Below, one piece after another: positions 52,623-64,000 of a stretch of DNA of 64,000 nt. The first letter of the stretch is position 1. Each line of letters begins with the position of its first letter. The DNA comes from Phaeosaccion multiseriatum (Eukaryota; Protista; Ochrophyta, other classes): assembly GCA_965112735.1 (NCBI GenBank), contig OZ218952.1, positions 5,394,001 to 5,458,000 on the forward strand. Reading direction: 5' to 3'. The notes beneath the pieces were generated by a model. That model was not told the origin of the DNA. It worked only from the letters and a program-made list of their open reading frames with translations, and did no database searches. A program made the translations under genes and the position numbers.

Positions 52623-54516
52623 ATGGGAAGACAAGTGCGGCAAGTTAGGAGCAAAATCCGCAGGTAAGCAACGGGGGAGTGACCAGGGGGCTGTGACATA
52701 CAGGCTGTAGTACCGCCTTACAGACTCTTCTGCTTGGCCTGCCTGGCTACGGATGTGGTGCGTGGGCTGATTCCCTCGCCTTCCTCCTCCTGCCGCGCCC
52801 TGCCTCCCCTTTCGCTCTCCTCGTTGATTCAGAGAATATACAGATTCAGAGACGCAAGCGCGTGCCCGCCTCAGCCCCTCCTCGGGCTCCTCCTTGGGCT
52901 CCTCCTTCAGCGATCGACCCTTCTCCTGCAAGGCCGAGGACTGTGGTTGGAGCTTCCGCAGGCTGGCGGAGCTCACTCAGCACACGCGGGAGGTGCACGA
53001 CATCATCAGGCCCTTTCATTGCGATAAGCCCGGATGCGGCTACCGAGCGGCCCGGCGCTTTGATCTTACTAAGCACAAACAGGGGAAGAGGCACCAGCAA
53101 ACTACCAACAACCCGACGAGCTCGACCTCCACTTCTTCCTCGACCGACGTCCTCAAGTGCGCCAGAGCCCCTCGCAAGCGCCGTAAGAACCCGCCGCCCA
53201 AGAAGTCGATCTTCTCGCTACCCGCCAGCAGCACAAAGGCCGAGCGATCTTCCTCTTCCTTCTCCGTCGCCCCCTCCTCGTCTTCCTCTTCCTCCGCCTC
53301 CCGCCTCCCCTCCCACTCTCACCAACTGCGGAGGGTCCGTCCTGTTCGCACTACTGAATCCAGCCCTCCCCCCGTCTGTCGCCGGAGCACCAGCCCCACC
53401 CCCACGAGTCGAAGCAGCATGATCGTGGACACGAGTGGTACCGATGAGAGCGTGCGAAGGAACTCACTTTGGTCCGGCTTCAAAATGAGCCCAAGAAAAG
53501 GACCAAGAAAAGGGTCGGAGGTGGAGGAAGAGGGGGAGGAGGAGAAGGAGGATAATGAACAGGAGCAGGAGGAAGAGGTGACAGTTGTGGGGCAGGAGCC
53601 TCACCGCATGCCGCTGTTGTCGTTTGGACATGGTGAGCGCCTCAAGAGCAGCGCCCGTGTCAATCCCTGGCCTCTGCCTGGGCGGCAGCTGCAGCACCAG
53701 CGCTCCAACTGCCAGGAGCCTGTCGCTGTCAATGAGGTGGAGGAGGACTGCGGCAGATGGGGATGGCAGCGCGCGGCCAGTCAACCACTGGAAGAGGCGG
53801 ACCAATGGCTCATCGAACAGGAACAACGACCACAGGCCGGCAGCAGCAGCGGCAGCGGCAGCGGCAGTGGCAGTGGCACCGGCAGCGGCACCGGTTGTCA
53901 CTGGTCCCAGCAGCAGTTGCCGGAGGGGCCCTCCCCTGTTGTCCTCGCGCAGGAGACCTTCACCCTGCGGGGCCGGGGTCGGGGCGGCGCCGGGGCGGAG
54001 GCTGAAGTAGGCTCCATCAACCAAAAGTTTCCGGGTCGGCAGGTGTCTCCAGAGCGGGAGGGGGAGTCCGAGACCACCTTCTTGTACCGCGTCATTGGGG
54101 CCGTGTATGGCGCCGCGGAGGATGAGGAGGACGGCAGTGAAGGGACGAAGAGTGGCCACGACGAACAAGAGAAGGAGGAGGAGGCAGCTGGGCATGGACG
54201 AGGTGGATACGCAAACGGATATGGAAGTGGAGGCGCAGACGAGTATCGCACGAACGGCGGCGGGGCCTGCCATCCTCAGGAAAACCCGCTGCCGCTGTGG
54301 CGTCTGGCGGCGATGGACCTCGGCTCTCACTGCCGCGGGCAGCGGCGGTATGCGCTCTTCCCTGAGGAGGTGCTGGAGGCATTGGTAAGGGACGAGGGTG
54401 GTGTGCTTGCTTCCGTGCTCTCCTCCATATTGCAGGAGGGGGAGGACGAAGGGGATGGCAGTGGATGGGCCGGGTGGGACGGGGGCGGTAGCGCGCGGCT
54501 GGCAGTTGCCATGTAG
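52623..54516 (+). CDS. C2H2 zinc-finger protein (two fingers, long disordered tail)
   Basis: RPFSCKAEDCGWSFRRLAELTQHTREVH and RPFHCDKPGCGYRAARRFDLTKHKQGKRH. Putative first exon 52623-52663 joins 52833 in phase 2 (start tentative). Confidence 0.8.
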
Positions 54517-55724
54517 TAGAAGGTCAGACAGCGGAGAGGAGGGCAGTCAGTCAGTGAGTGAGTGAGTGAGTGAGTGGCGGCCACGGGAGAGGTTGCTTTC
54601 TTTCTTTAGTGTTTAGTGAGACTATATTTTGAGTGTGCCTGCGATTTCCTCGGATTTTCGGAGGGGATGTGTGTATCATGCAAGGCCCACAACAGATGGA
54701 TTTCCGTAACGGCTGCCGTTACGTCTTTCGAGTGCTTTTTCGATACGATACGTTACGACTATATTTACTTTTTCTTTGTGTGTTTGCTTAGCTACGATCA
54801 ACGATATAGTATGATTGGTACGGTAGGGTGGTTGGTGTAAATAGGCCATGTGGACGTTGTCTTTGCAAACTTTTTTTGCAAAAAGTAACTTAGGAAGGGG
54901 GACAAAGCCAGCACCATCGGTATGGCAGTCAAAACCAAAGCTAAGTCTGGATGGTACAGTGGAAGGAGCACGAGGTTGACACACTTTTTTTATACGTTTA
55001 GTACAATGTACAGTAAAAGAGAGGATGAAAAGACCTACACGCCACCCACCTGCCTCCCCCCCTTCCGCCCGAAACAACGGTTTTGGCGAGTTTGAACATG
55101 CTTACCGTGTTTCCCTCGTTAAGACAAGTCGAATGCCGGCCTCGTTGGCTCCTACAACCCTCATCAAGTTCAGTTCAATAGGAGGAAGTCAAAAAATTGA
55201 AACTCGTGTTCCTTACGGAAGGGCCATGAAGGGTGTCTGGAAGCCCAGGTGGGCCCTCCCCCCTCCCCCCCCCATGGAAGTGCCTCTATCGCAGTAGCAA
55301 TGGGCAAGGGGAGTGCAATAAGACCCTCAGAGTCTTTGGTGAACGCAAGTCTGAATGTCTCCAGTTAACGCAAGTCGCACTGAATTATAGGCCCATCGCC
55401 GGGAGAAGAAAAGAGGAGCGAGCGAGCGGCGAGGAGCTGTCACTGGTCCCCATCACCCATCACCACAGCCCCCCGTGCAGTATGTCAATGGTCCTCACCA
55501 CACCCCCCCGTGCAGTACCCTGAGCACATGCCCCCTCCTCTCCCATCCACTGCCATCCTCTCCGCCTGCGTGGCATGCCCATTTTTTATGCGCTCCTCTG
55601 CCCCTGCCACATCGACTCCTGCCCCCCTTCTCTCTCTCTCCCTCCATCCCCTCCCGTCCCCTGCCTCCACCCCCCCCTCCTACCCCACCCACCCCCTCCC
55701 TCCCACTTCAGCACCACCTGCTCA

Positions 55725-57327
55725 CTACCTCCTTCGACGAACGCCCTCCAGCTCCCTCACCAAATCCCTCTGTAGCAACAACACATCAAGCGTCGTGTAG
55801 CCCAGCACGGCATGTGCGCCCCACAGCCCCGCCGTAAGCTGCCCCTCCAGACCTTCCGTGGTCACGTCTTGCCCCGCCAAAAACAGTCCGGGGATGTGTG
55901 AGGGGTGCCTAAGACCGGGGCAGGCGAAGCGCGAGGGCGTGCTAGCAAGCCGGCAGCGGCCCTCCTCCTGCACCACGTGAAGTACCTCGTCCGTACCCTG
56001 TGGTGTGGTGTGGTGTGGGATGGCAGTGGATGGCAGTGGATGGGGTGTGGTGCAGTGTGGAGTGGTGTGGTGTGGTGTAGTGCAGGGAGCAAGTAAGAGA
56101 GAGAGAGAGACGGAGGGAAGGGGGGAGGGGGGGGGGGGGAGGGAGGGAGAGGGTGAGAGGAGAGAGAGAGTCAAGCCTCCAGCCTTCTCATCCGCCTACA
56201 GCACCCTTTACGGGAAGCCCACCCACCCGACTCAACTTGCTCCCTACCCTCTGGCCCACCCCACAAGCTACCCTACGGCTTTTGCCAGCCTGCCTGCCTG
56301 CCCATATGCCTGCAGCTTGTCTGCCCATAAGCCCGCCTGCCCGCCCATACGCCTGCCCATATCCGTTACGCCTGCTGATATCCTGCTGATATCCCCATAC
56401 CCGTGCCCTCACCTCCGTGTTCGGGAAGTGCTTCTTGAGCTTCTGCGTGAGCTCTGCGATGAGCTTGTCCCTCCCCTTGCGTGTGTCCTCCCACCCCAAA
56501 GGCCCCAGCACGTACTGCCTCTTGGGCGTGTCTCCTCCTCCTCCTCCTCCTGCTGCTGCTGCTGCTGCTGCTGGTGCTGCTGCTCCCCCTCCTCCTCCTC
56601 CTCCTCCTCCTGCTGCTGCTGCTGCTGCTGCCCCTTCCTTGCCCGCTTCCTTGCCGACTACAAGCTCTCCTTCGGGGTTGGGACCTCCCGGCAGCAGCAC
56701 GGGCTTGAGAGAATTCTTGCCGATCTCGCTTGTGATGACACACGTTGTACGCTTCTCCCACCAACGAGTCGGATCCTTCGTAGCATCATGAAGGAGGGGC
56801 AGGGGGAGAAGGAGGGAGAGGAGAAAGCGAGAAGGAGAGAGAGAAGAGTGCGAATCAGACCTTCCGCATTGCGTCACACATGCTCTGCTCTCTATGGCAC
56901 GACACACACACAAACACACGCATGGGCTGCTCCGTTCGCTCTTCACTGCGTATGTACATGTACCCATCCCAATATCCCCTACCCTCCCACGTACCCCCAC
57001 GTACCCACGCACCCACGCACGCACACACATACACGCACGCACGCACACACACACCTTGGATGTGCTTGTGCTAATCCTCCACCACTCGCTGTCCGGTCCT
57101 GCTCCGAAGTCGTCTGTGGACGCTGAGCAGTTGTCCCTTACGTGACTGATGTCACATGCTGTCATATCAAGGTCGTCGGTCCAGTTGCCTCTCAGCCCCA
57201 CGCACACGTGTATTCGGGGACGGGCCTGAGGGAGGAGGAGGAGGAGGAGGAGGAGGAGGAGGAGGAGGAGGCGTCAGATCAGTCGTAGGCATACGATGAA
57301 CACAGACACACAGATAGACAGATAGAC

Positions 57328-57418
<91 letters not shown>

Positions 57419-57464
57419 TAGACAGACAGATACACAGATACACAGATACACAGGCCAGCCAGCC

Positions 57465-57495
<31 letters not shown>

Positions 57496-57505
57496 TGGAC
57501 AGATG

Positions 57506-57558
<53 letters not shown>

Positions 57559-60500
57559 CTAGACAGAAAAGATGTGGGTCCCTTGATGGTTTGAGACGCT
57601 CCCCTCCTTCCCCTTATCTTGGAGGCGCTCCGCCTACCTCCCCAAAGAGTAAAACAGCGCAACACACCCATCCATCCATCCACACACATACCCACGTGCA
57701 CACGTACACACACACACCTGTGAGAGGTTCCGGAAGCCAGGAGGCATCTTGAGCTGCTCCAAGTCCTTTGCCTCCAAGCCATCTGTGAACGTCTCCAGCG
57801 CGCCCAGAGCAGACACCACGCTGCCCTCAGGCCTCACCCGCACCACCACACCCCCACCACTCGACGATGACGACGAGGAGGTATGTATCCTGACACCCAC
57901 GGCCTGCCCTTCCTCGATGAGGACAGTCGTCTTGGGCGTGCGAGTGAGGATCCTGCCCCCTGCGGCCTGAATGGTGGGGAGGATGCCCTCTGCTAGACCT
58001 CTTAGCCCCCCCCCGGGGTAGTGCACGCCGTTCCACTTTCGTACAATCTCGTGCACAAAGGCTCCGAAGGAGATGCCCTGGCGGGAGGGGAGGAGAGGGG
58101 AGGAGGGACAGGAAGTGAGAGGGAGAGGGAGAGGGAGAGGGAGAGGGAGAGGGAGGGAGATTGAGCCAGAGAGGGAGAGGGTCAGCCACCCACGTCACCA
58201 GCCAACCAGCAGCCAGTACGTGGTGTCAGTCAGTCAGTCAGTCAGTCAGTCAGTACTTGGTGTCAGCCAGTGCCTCGTGTCAGACAGTCAGCCAGCGCTT
58301 GGTGTCAGGCAGCGCCGCATCTGCTTACCTCCACGGGCAAGTTCTCCACTCCGAAGAGGGCGCTCATGATTCCGTACATCTCGGGAGAGCCGCACACCAC
58401 TTGCAACACGTCACCTGTCGCCTTTCGGCAGAGCTGCGGGAGGGAGGGATGGATGGCAGTTGATGGGCCAGGGGACGGGGCAGTGGATGAGGACAGGACA
58501 AGACAGGACTGGACAGGACTTCACTCGCTCTCTCCTTACTACGTACGCACTACGCACCTTGGCAAAGGACGTGCCGAAGAGGGCAGGGGCAGCTTTGAGG
58601 CTCTCCACAGCCTTGCTCGTAAACGCCCGCCCTCGGAAGAAGACGGAGGAGTCCTCCTGAGCAGTTGGTTGTTTGGAGGGGAGTCATAGAGTGGTCATGG
58701 AGCGGGGCACGTGAGGGGTATGTGACGGGGGGTAGGGGACGCGGGAGACCACACACGTGCGTACACTCACACAAATACGTACACATACACACAGGCAGAC
58801 ACACCGACAGACACACATACAAAGACACACACACACACACACTCATGGCGCGAGTGAGGCGTTGAGTGCAAGACGCAAGACGACGACGACCGTACCGTGA
58901 CAGTCGCCAGGCTGTGAACGATGCCCTCGACCTTCTGCCTGTCGTCCGGACACAGCATGACCAACTGCTCCACCAAGCCGTTGCTGCTGCCCGGAAGGAG
59001 CACCTCCTTGCGACTGCCCCCTACCTCTACCATGTCGTGTACACAGGAGGTCGAGTCCACGCCCCCCACCTTGAACCACTTGGTCTCAGGTAGGGATGGG
59101 TCCTGGGCGGTGAAGGAGGCGAGGGGTGAGGGAGGGGAGGGGTGAGGGAGAGTGGTCAGCGGGTGGAGGGGCGGAGGTAGAGGTCGGCCGGGCCGGAGTT
59201 GGCGACGATCAGGACACACAACACGCTCCTTCGGCACGCTTGACTCACCCTTACAGCCTTCAGCAGGCGATGGCACTCATCCACTCGGCCCACGGTGGGC
59301 GACGAAGTCTCAAACTCCCACGGCCTGGCCTCCGGATTCTCTCGAGCCTCCCATCCGCTGCCATCCTCCTCGCCCCCCTCTTGTCGACTGACACTGCCGC
59401 TGCCACTGCTACTGCTGGCACTGACCTCCCCCCCTACCTTGATCACCCCTCCTCCCCCAACCAGGGCCTTGCTCTCCAGCACGAGACACCTCTTGCCACA
59501 CCTCGCCAGCAGACCGGCCAGGTACAGTCCTGCCATGTTTGACCCAAGCACAACGTGGTCGTAATAGGCCTCTTCCTCCTCCCCCTTCTGCAGTTTGGCC
59601 ACCGAGAAGTGGTCCTCTAGAGGGTCGTGGGAGCCCCTCTCCTTGTCCTGCAGATGAAGAGATGGGCGGGGAGGGAGGGAGGGAGGGAGGGAGGGAGAAG
59701 CGGGTACTCTACGCCATGAGATAAGTGGCCAGTGATAGGAACGATTCACAAAGCAAGCAGGCAAGTGGTGAGCAAGCAAGCAAGCAAGCAAGCAACTACC
59801 GACCTCTGGGGGCTCGAGAGGATCGAAAGGCTGGAGACCCTTGGGCCTGTAGCGCCGGCCCAGTACAAGTCTATAGAGGGCCACCACGGTCAACACCACC
59901 AGCGGGTTGACGGCGAAGAGCGCGCAACCAATCATGGCGGTGAGGAGGAAGCCCTTGTTGGCTCTAACCACCATAACGAGGATGACGATGCCGCCCACCA
60001 GCCCCAGGGGAGGGTCGCCAAAGACTCTAAAGTTGGCGTAGAAGCGAGTCCACACGGCGAGCAGCCACTGCAAAGGCGTCAGGATGGGGGAGGGGAGCGA
60101 GCGAGAGAGGGCGCCCAATGGGTGTGTGCTGGTGTTAGTTGTGTGTCGAGCGAGCGGCCCATGTCCTCGCCTCAGGAGGAGACAAAGGAAAGAAAGGATG
60201 GATGCGACCCTGCCTCTGCCCTCAAATACAGCACACGCTCGCAGATACTGCCGATGGAGTACGGCCGTGTAGGTACTGGTCTGTTCCTCCGCGTCCTCTC
60301 TCTCGCGCTGGCTTGGTCTACACGTTTGCCTGATATCCTCCCTCCCTCCATCTGCCCCTCTACCTCTTCCCTCTGCCCTTCTCACCTGCACGGTGGGGTG
60401 GAGGATCACGTCCTTCAGCACACCGTACTTCTCATCCAACTCCCTCTCGAACTTATGCTTATCAGCCGCCTCGGTGGCCGCCTGCCAGAAGCGCTTGACC

Positions 60501-60646
60501 ATCTTCTCGCCCACGTCGCTCATGTCGTCCAGGTGCTCATTGTACGAGTCCTCCAGCTCCTCCACGAAGTCGTCGCTGTTAAAGAAGAGAAGGTCCAGCG
60601 CCCTTTGCACCAGGTCCGGCGGCTCCGCGCCTGAGAGACGCACCAT
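55725..60646 (-). CDS. FAD-dependent oxidoreductase, retinol saturase / phytoene desaturase-like family, with N-terminal membrane region
   Basis: ~10 exons. YDHVVLGSNMAGLYLAGLLARCGKRCLVLE, HYPGGG..LAEGILPTIQAAGGRIL, AVGVRI, VVSALGALETF, IPGLFLAGQDV, LGYTTLDVLLLQRDLVREL. Confidence 0.82.
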
Positions 60647-60889
60647 CGTGCCTCAGCTCTCTATCCTCTGCGGGTGGGCCAGACGCGGCGTCTGCCCATC
60701 CACTGCCATCCATCTGTCGACTTCTGACATCTTTTTTTTGGACGCTCTCCTGATCCTCTCCTCCTTGATGCCTGTAATCGTACCATGAGTGCTCCCCGTT
60801 GTGGTCCAGGTGTGAGTGTAGACCACTATCGGATATGCTTACGAACGAAGAAGAGGAGATAAAGAGAAAAGTATCTTTGTCCGATCAGG

Positions 60890-61759
60890 ATGCGAGGGGC
60901 AAGAGGGCTCCACGTGCTGTCCCTTCTCCTGTCCCTCTCCATCTGTGGCGCGTTCGTCCTGGAGGGAGTTCGACTGCAACGCACGTTCTCGCGAGTCTGC
61001 CCTACAGGCAAGGTCTCTTTCTACGTCTTTAGCGAGGTTTTCGGAGCGGGCGAGAGAGCAAATGAGGGGGGCGCGCGGGCTGAGCATGACGCCTTGGCGC
61101 TGCAGCTGTGGCCTGCTGCCCGAGTTATGGCCGCACATGTGTACGAGTATGCACAATGTCACCAGAAGCAGCAGACGAAGCAGACCCCGCTGGTAGTCTG
61201 CGAGCTGGGGGCGGGCACAGGCCTCGTCTCCCTCGCAGCGACAGCAGCCGGCGCCAAGGTGATAGCCACAGACTTTTGTCCCTTTGCGCTGAAGCTGGTG
61301 GACAGGGCCGCGGCTGAGCAGAGCCTGCTCTTGGAGACGACGCTGGTGGATCTCACGCAGGACCCGGCCTCCTGCCTGCCGCCGGCGGAGCTGTACGTGC
61401 TCTCTGATGTGTTTGTGTCGCGAGAGGTGGCGAGGGGGGCAGCTCGGCACGTGTATGAGGGATTGCAGAGGGGTGCACACGTGTTAGTGGCGGCGGATCG
61501 AAGTAGAGCTTGTCGAGAAGACTTTCTGTCGGAGATTGGAGCCTTGTTGCTGGGCAGCAGCACCACAGAGGGAGGGGCAGGAGGAGGAGGAGGAGGAGGA
61601 GGAGCGGGGCATCACCCGGGGGGTGCCGACATTTCTGATCTCCACTTCCGACCCCTTGAGGAATGCACGCCCTTGGGTCTAGGGTCTGGGCACCATCGAG
61701 AGAGACTGACACTCATTGACATCGACGAGCAAGCTTTGGACTTCACTGCCTACATGTGA
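60890..61759 (+). CDS. Lysine methyltransferase (Methyltransf_16/METTL21-like), probably plastid-targeted, intronless
   Basis: Signal peptide ending ICGA-F; LQLWPAARVMA, VCELGAGTGLVSL, VIATD, VLSDVF. Confidence 0.88.
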   Translation: MRGARGLHVLSLLLSLSICGAFVLEGVRLQRTFSRVCPTGKVSFYVFSEVFGAGERANEGGARAEHDALALQLWPAARVMAAHVYEYAQCHQKQQTKQTPLVVCELGAGTGLVSLAATAAGAKVIATDFCPFALKLVDRAAAEQSLLLETTLVDLTQDPASCLPPAELYVLSDVFVSREVARGAARHVYEGLQRGAHVLVAADRSRACREDFLSEIGALLLGSSTTEGGAGGGGGGGGAGHHPGGADISDLHFRPLEECTPLGLGSGHHRERLTLIDIDEQALDFTAYM

Positions 61760-63003
61760 TGATGTGATGGGAAAAGAAAGAGCCCTGTATCGTAGTGTAG
61801 GGGAGGGGAGGACGCAGGGCAGAGATCCACTTGCGCTGCTCTTGTCCCTGTCTCTTCTCCCCCTCGTCTTTCTTGCTGCGCGACGACGTAGCAGTGGAGA
61901 GCGTGAAGAGGAGGAGGATGAGCACTGGCTGCTGTGCCTGCCAATCACGTCGACCCGGAAGCAGAGGGTCGGATTTCCTCCAAGAGAGAGAGGCAGGGAA
62001 ACGCATTTGTTGTGGGGAGGCAGCAGCCTCCCGCCCCTCCTCCCTCCCCTGCCTGCCTGCCTCTGCAGTCAGTAACCATCTCGCCCTCCGATGTCAGAGG
62101 TGGCCTCTGCCGGTGTGCCACAGAGACGTGGCTCGCTCCACTCTGTGCCACTCTGTGGCACTCTGTGGGGTTGACTGGCATGGCCTCGACGAAAAGAAAC
62201 AAGACATGCTTGAGTGCTTGGCGCCAACCCCTTTCTTCTTGACTTCGAGGGGTCGTCCCCGGCTCCACACTGGACGTGATGTTGATCTACTCTTTGCCAA
62301 GTCGTCGGTATGCGGGGCGGGCTATACCGCGACACAATCGCTCTGCTCACAGCCCGGAGAGGGGGAGAGAGGGATGCATCCCTATCTACTGCAATGTGGC
62401 CGATGTCAGCAGTAGACGGAGCCTAGACCTGGAGGGAGACATGCATAGATGTACGTACGATGGTGACCAGTGTGCGGGAGGGAAGTGTGCAGGGGAAAGG
62501 AGTGAAAAAGGCCATGCGCAGAAACGCGAACGACTTCCCGGCCGCATGAAGCTGTGCGAAGTTTGAGGAGGGTGTGTTGGACCATGTGACACACACGTAG
62601 GCGCGCTCCCAACCGGGAAGCGCCCCACATCTCCACGTGTAGGGCGTGCCTTGTGACCCCGAGTGCCCCTGCCTGCGTGCAGAGAGACAGGCGACAATGC
62701 GCGAAAGGGTTCCCGGTGTTAAATTTTGGGGTCTACACATTTGGGTATGGGTGTATCAGAGCATGAGAAAGACACCTAGGCGCTCTCCTAAATGATTTTT
62801 GCCCCCAGCGCTTTCTGAAGAGGAGGTATGCAGGTCTGCACACTTTGGAACACGGAAACCAACATGGCCAAACGGTTTCGTGCGACGGTGTTCCCGGTGT
62901 TTGTAACGTCTGGGCATTGGACATTTGGGTGATTAGACCCTCGACCCCTGACACGCTATCGCCCACTTTCTTGATAGCGCGCTGGCTGGCGCCGGCTCAG
63001 GGG

Positions 63004-63990
63004 TCGGCTCCAGACTGGCCTAGAAGCCTAGGCCTAGAGACGAAATTCGGCCGGCCTAGGGGGGCCGCAGGTCCCCGGCCTAGGCCTAGAGGGGGCCGCA
63101 GGTCCCCGGCCTAGGCCTATTTTTGGCGCAGCCCCCCCGGCCTAGCTAGGCCTATCGACCCTGGACAAGATTACGGTGTGCGCCGGCCGTAACCAGTAAT
63201 CAGCCCCCGGCCGGCGCAAAATCAGTAATCAGGCCGGCTGGTCACCGGCTGTAAGCAACCAGACCGGCTGGCGCCGGTCATAATCAGTAATCAGGCCGGC
63301 TGCGCCGGCCGTAATCAGAATCAGATGATCTTGTCCAGGGTTGACTCCCTCCCTCCCTCCCTCCCTCCCTCCCTCCCTCCCTCCTTCCCTCCCTCCCTCC
63401 CTCCCTCCGTCCCTCCCTCCTTCCCTCCCTCCCTCCTTCCCTCCCTCCCTCCTTCCCTCCCTCCCTCCCTCCCTCCCTCCCTCCCTCCCTCCCTCCCTCC
63501 CTCCCTCCCTCCCTCCCTCCCTCCCTCCCTCCCTCCCTCCCTCCCTCCCTCCCTCCCTCCCTCCCTCCCTCCCTCCCTCCCTCCCTCCCTCCCTCCCTCC
63601 CTCCCTCCCTCCCTCCCTCCCTCCCTCCCTCCCTCCCTCCCTCGCTCCCTCCCTCCCTCCCTCGCTCCCTCCCTCCCTCCCTCCCTCCCTCCCTCCCTTC
63701 GACCCTGGACAAGATTACGGTGTACGCCGGCCGTAATCAGTAATCAGCCCCCGGCTGGCGCATAATCAGTACTCAGGCCGGCTGGCGCCGGTCATAATCA
63801 GTAATCAGGCCGGCTGCGCCGGCCGTAATTACTAATCAGATAGGTCGAGGCCTAGGCCTAGAACCGCCGGCCTAGGGAGAAAAAATGGCCGGCCTAGAGC
63901 GGCCAACGGCCGCCGGCCTAGGCCTAGAGCGGGCGTAGGCCGCTCGGCCTAGGGCCTAGAGCATAGGCTTGTAGGCCAGTCTGGAGCCGA
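63004..63990 (+). mobile_element. Family-B composite element, copy 3 (complete)
   Basis: TIRs TCGGCTCCAGACTGGCCTAGAAGCCTA / TAGGCTTGTAGGCCAGTCTGGAGCCGA. TSD CAGGGG at 62998-63003 and 63991-63996. Confidence 0.93.
63155..63848 (+). mobile_element. Family-C composite: MITE - (CCCT)n - MITE
   Basis: C1 63155-63344 and C2 63699-63848 both start TCGACCCTGGACAAGATTACGG and flank (CCCT)n at 63345-63698. One TSD, GGCCTA (63149-63154, 63849-63854), brackets the whole unit. Confidence 0.9.
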
Positions 63991-64000
63991 CAGGGGCACG

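Larger units (their letters stand above)
62941..64000. mobile_element. Family-A element, left part, interrupted by family B and running off the window
   Basis: TCGACCCCTGACACGCTATCGCCCAC at 62941 matches the family-A left end. Confidence 0.75.

Noticed and set aside
61760-62940. Several 70-190 aa ORFs downstream of the methyltransferase (also 8800-9340, 32130-33030, 54600-55500)
   Set aside because: No recognisable motifs or coherent exon chains; expected by chance in GC-rich DNA.
63004-63990. Helitron interpretation (5' TC, many CTAG)
   Set aside because: The elements have TIRs and 6-bp TSDs, which Helitrons lack; the CTAG motifs are internal subrepeats.

Overview
GC-rich, intron-rich eukaryotic nuclear DNA, probably from an alga with a complex plastid such as an ochrophyte (inferred from signal peptide + Phe targeting motifs). 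I built 16 gene models by hand from GT-AG phase matching: acidic hypothetical protein, myristoylated Pelle/IRAK-like kinase-RING, QCR8, NDP-glucose 4,6-dehydratase, HAD 5'-nucleotidase, EF-hand protein, GlpF-like aquaglyceroporin, thioredoxin-like 2Fe-2S protein, phosphopantetheinyl transferase, AlkB-like oxygenase, H+-pyrophosphatase, ESS2, ALG14, C2H2 zinc-finger protein, retinol-saturase-like oxidoreductase and a lysine methyltransferase. Fourteen of the 16 form tight head-to-head pairs. Most ORFs in the supplied track are microsatellite or antisense artefacts. The most unusual signals are non-coding. (1) Nested non-autonomous DNA transposons with 5'-TCG...CGA-3' ends and exact 6-bp target-site duplications (five read directly), including a composite unit carrying a (CCCT)n microsatellite as cargo. 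(2) An inverted aquaporin gene fragment that decayed through repeated +4-nt insertions, mostly XYZ->XYZ-G-XYZ (7 in 70 bp), suggesting a specific mutational process that could seed the many tetranucleotide repeats. (3) Introns with donor-seeded (GTGA)n arrays, G-rich 5' and C-rich 3' halves, and a few recurrent 13-17-nt words. No searches were run, and exon coordinates are hand-derived.
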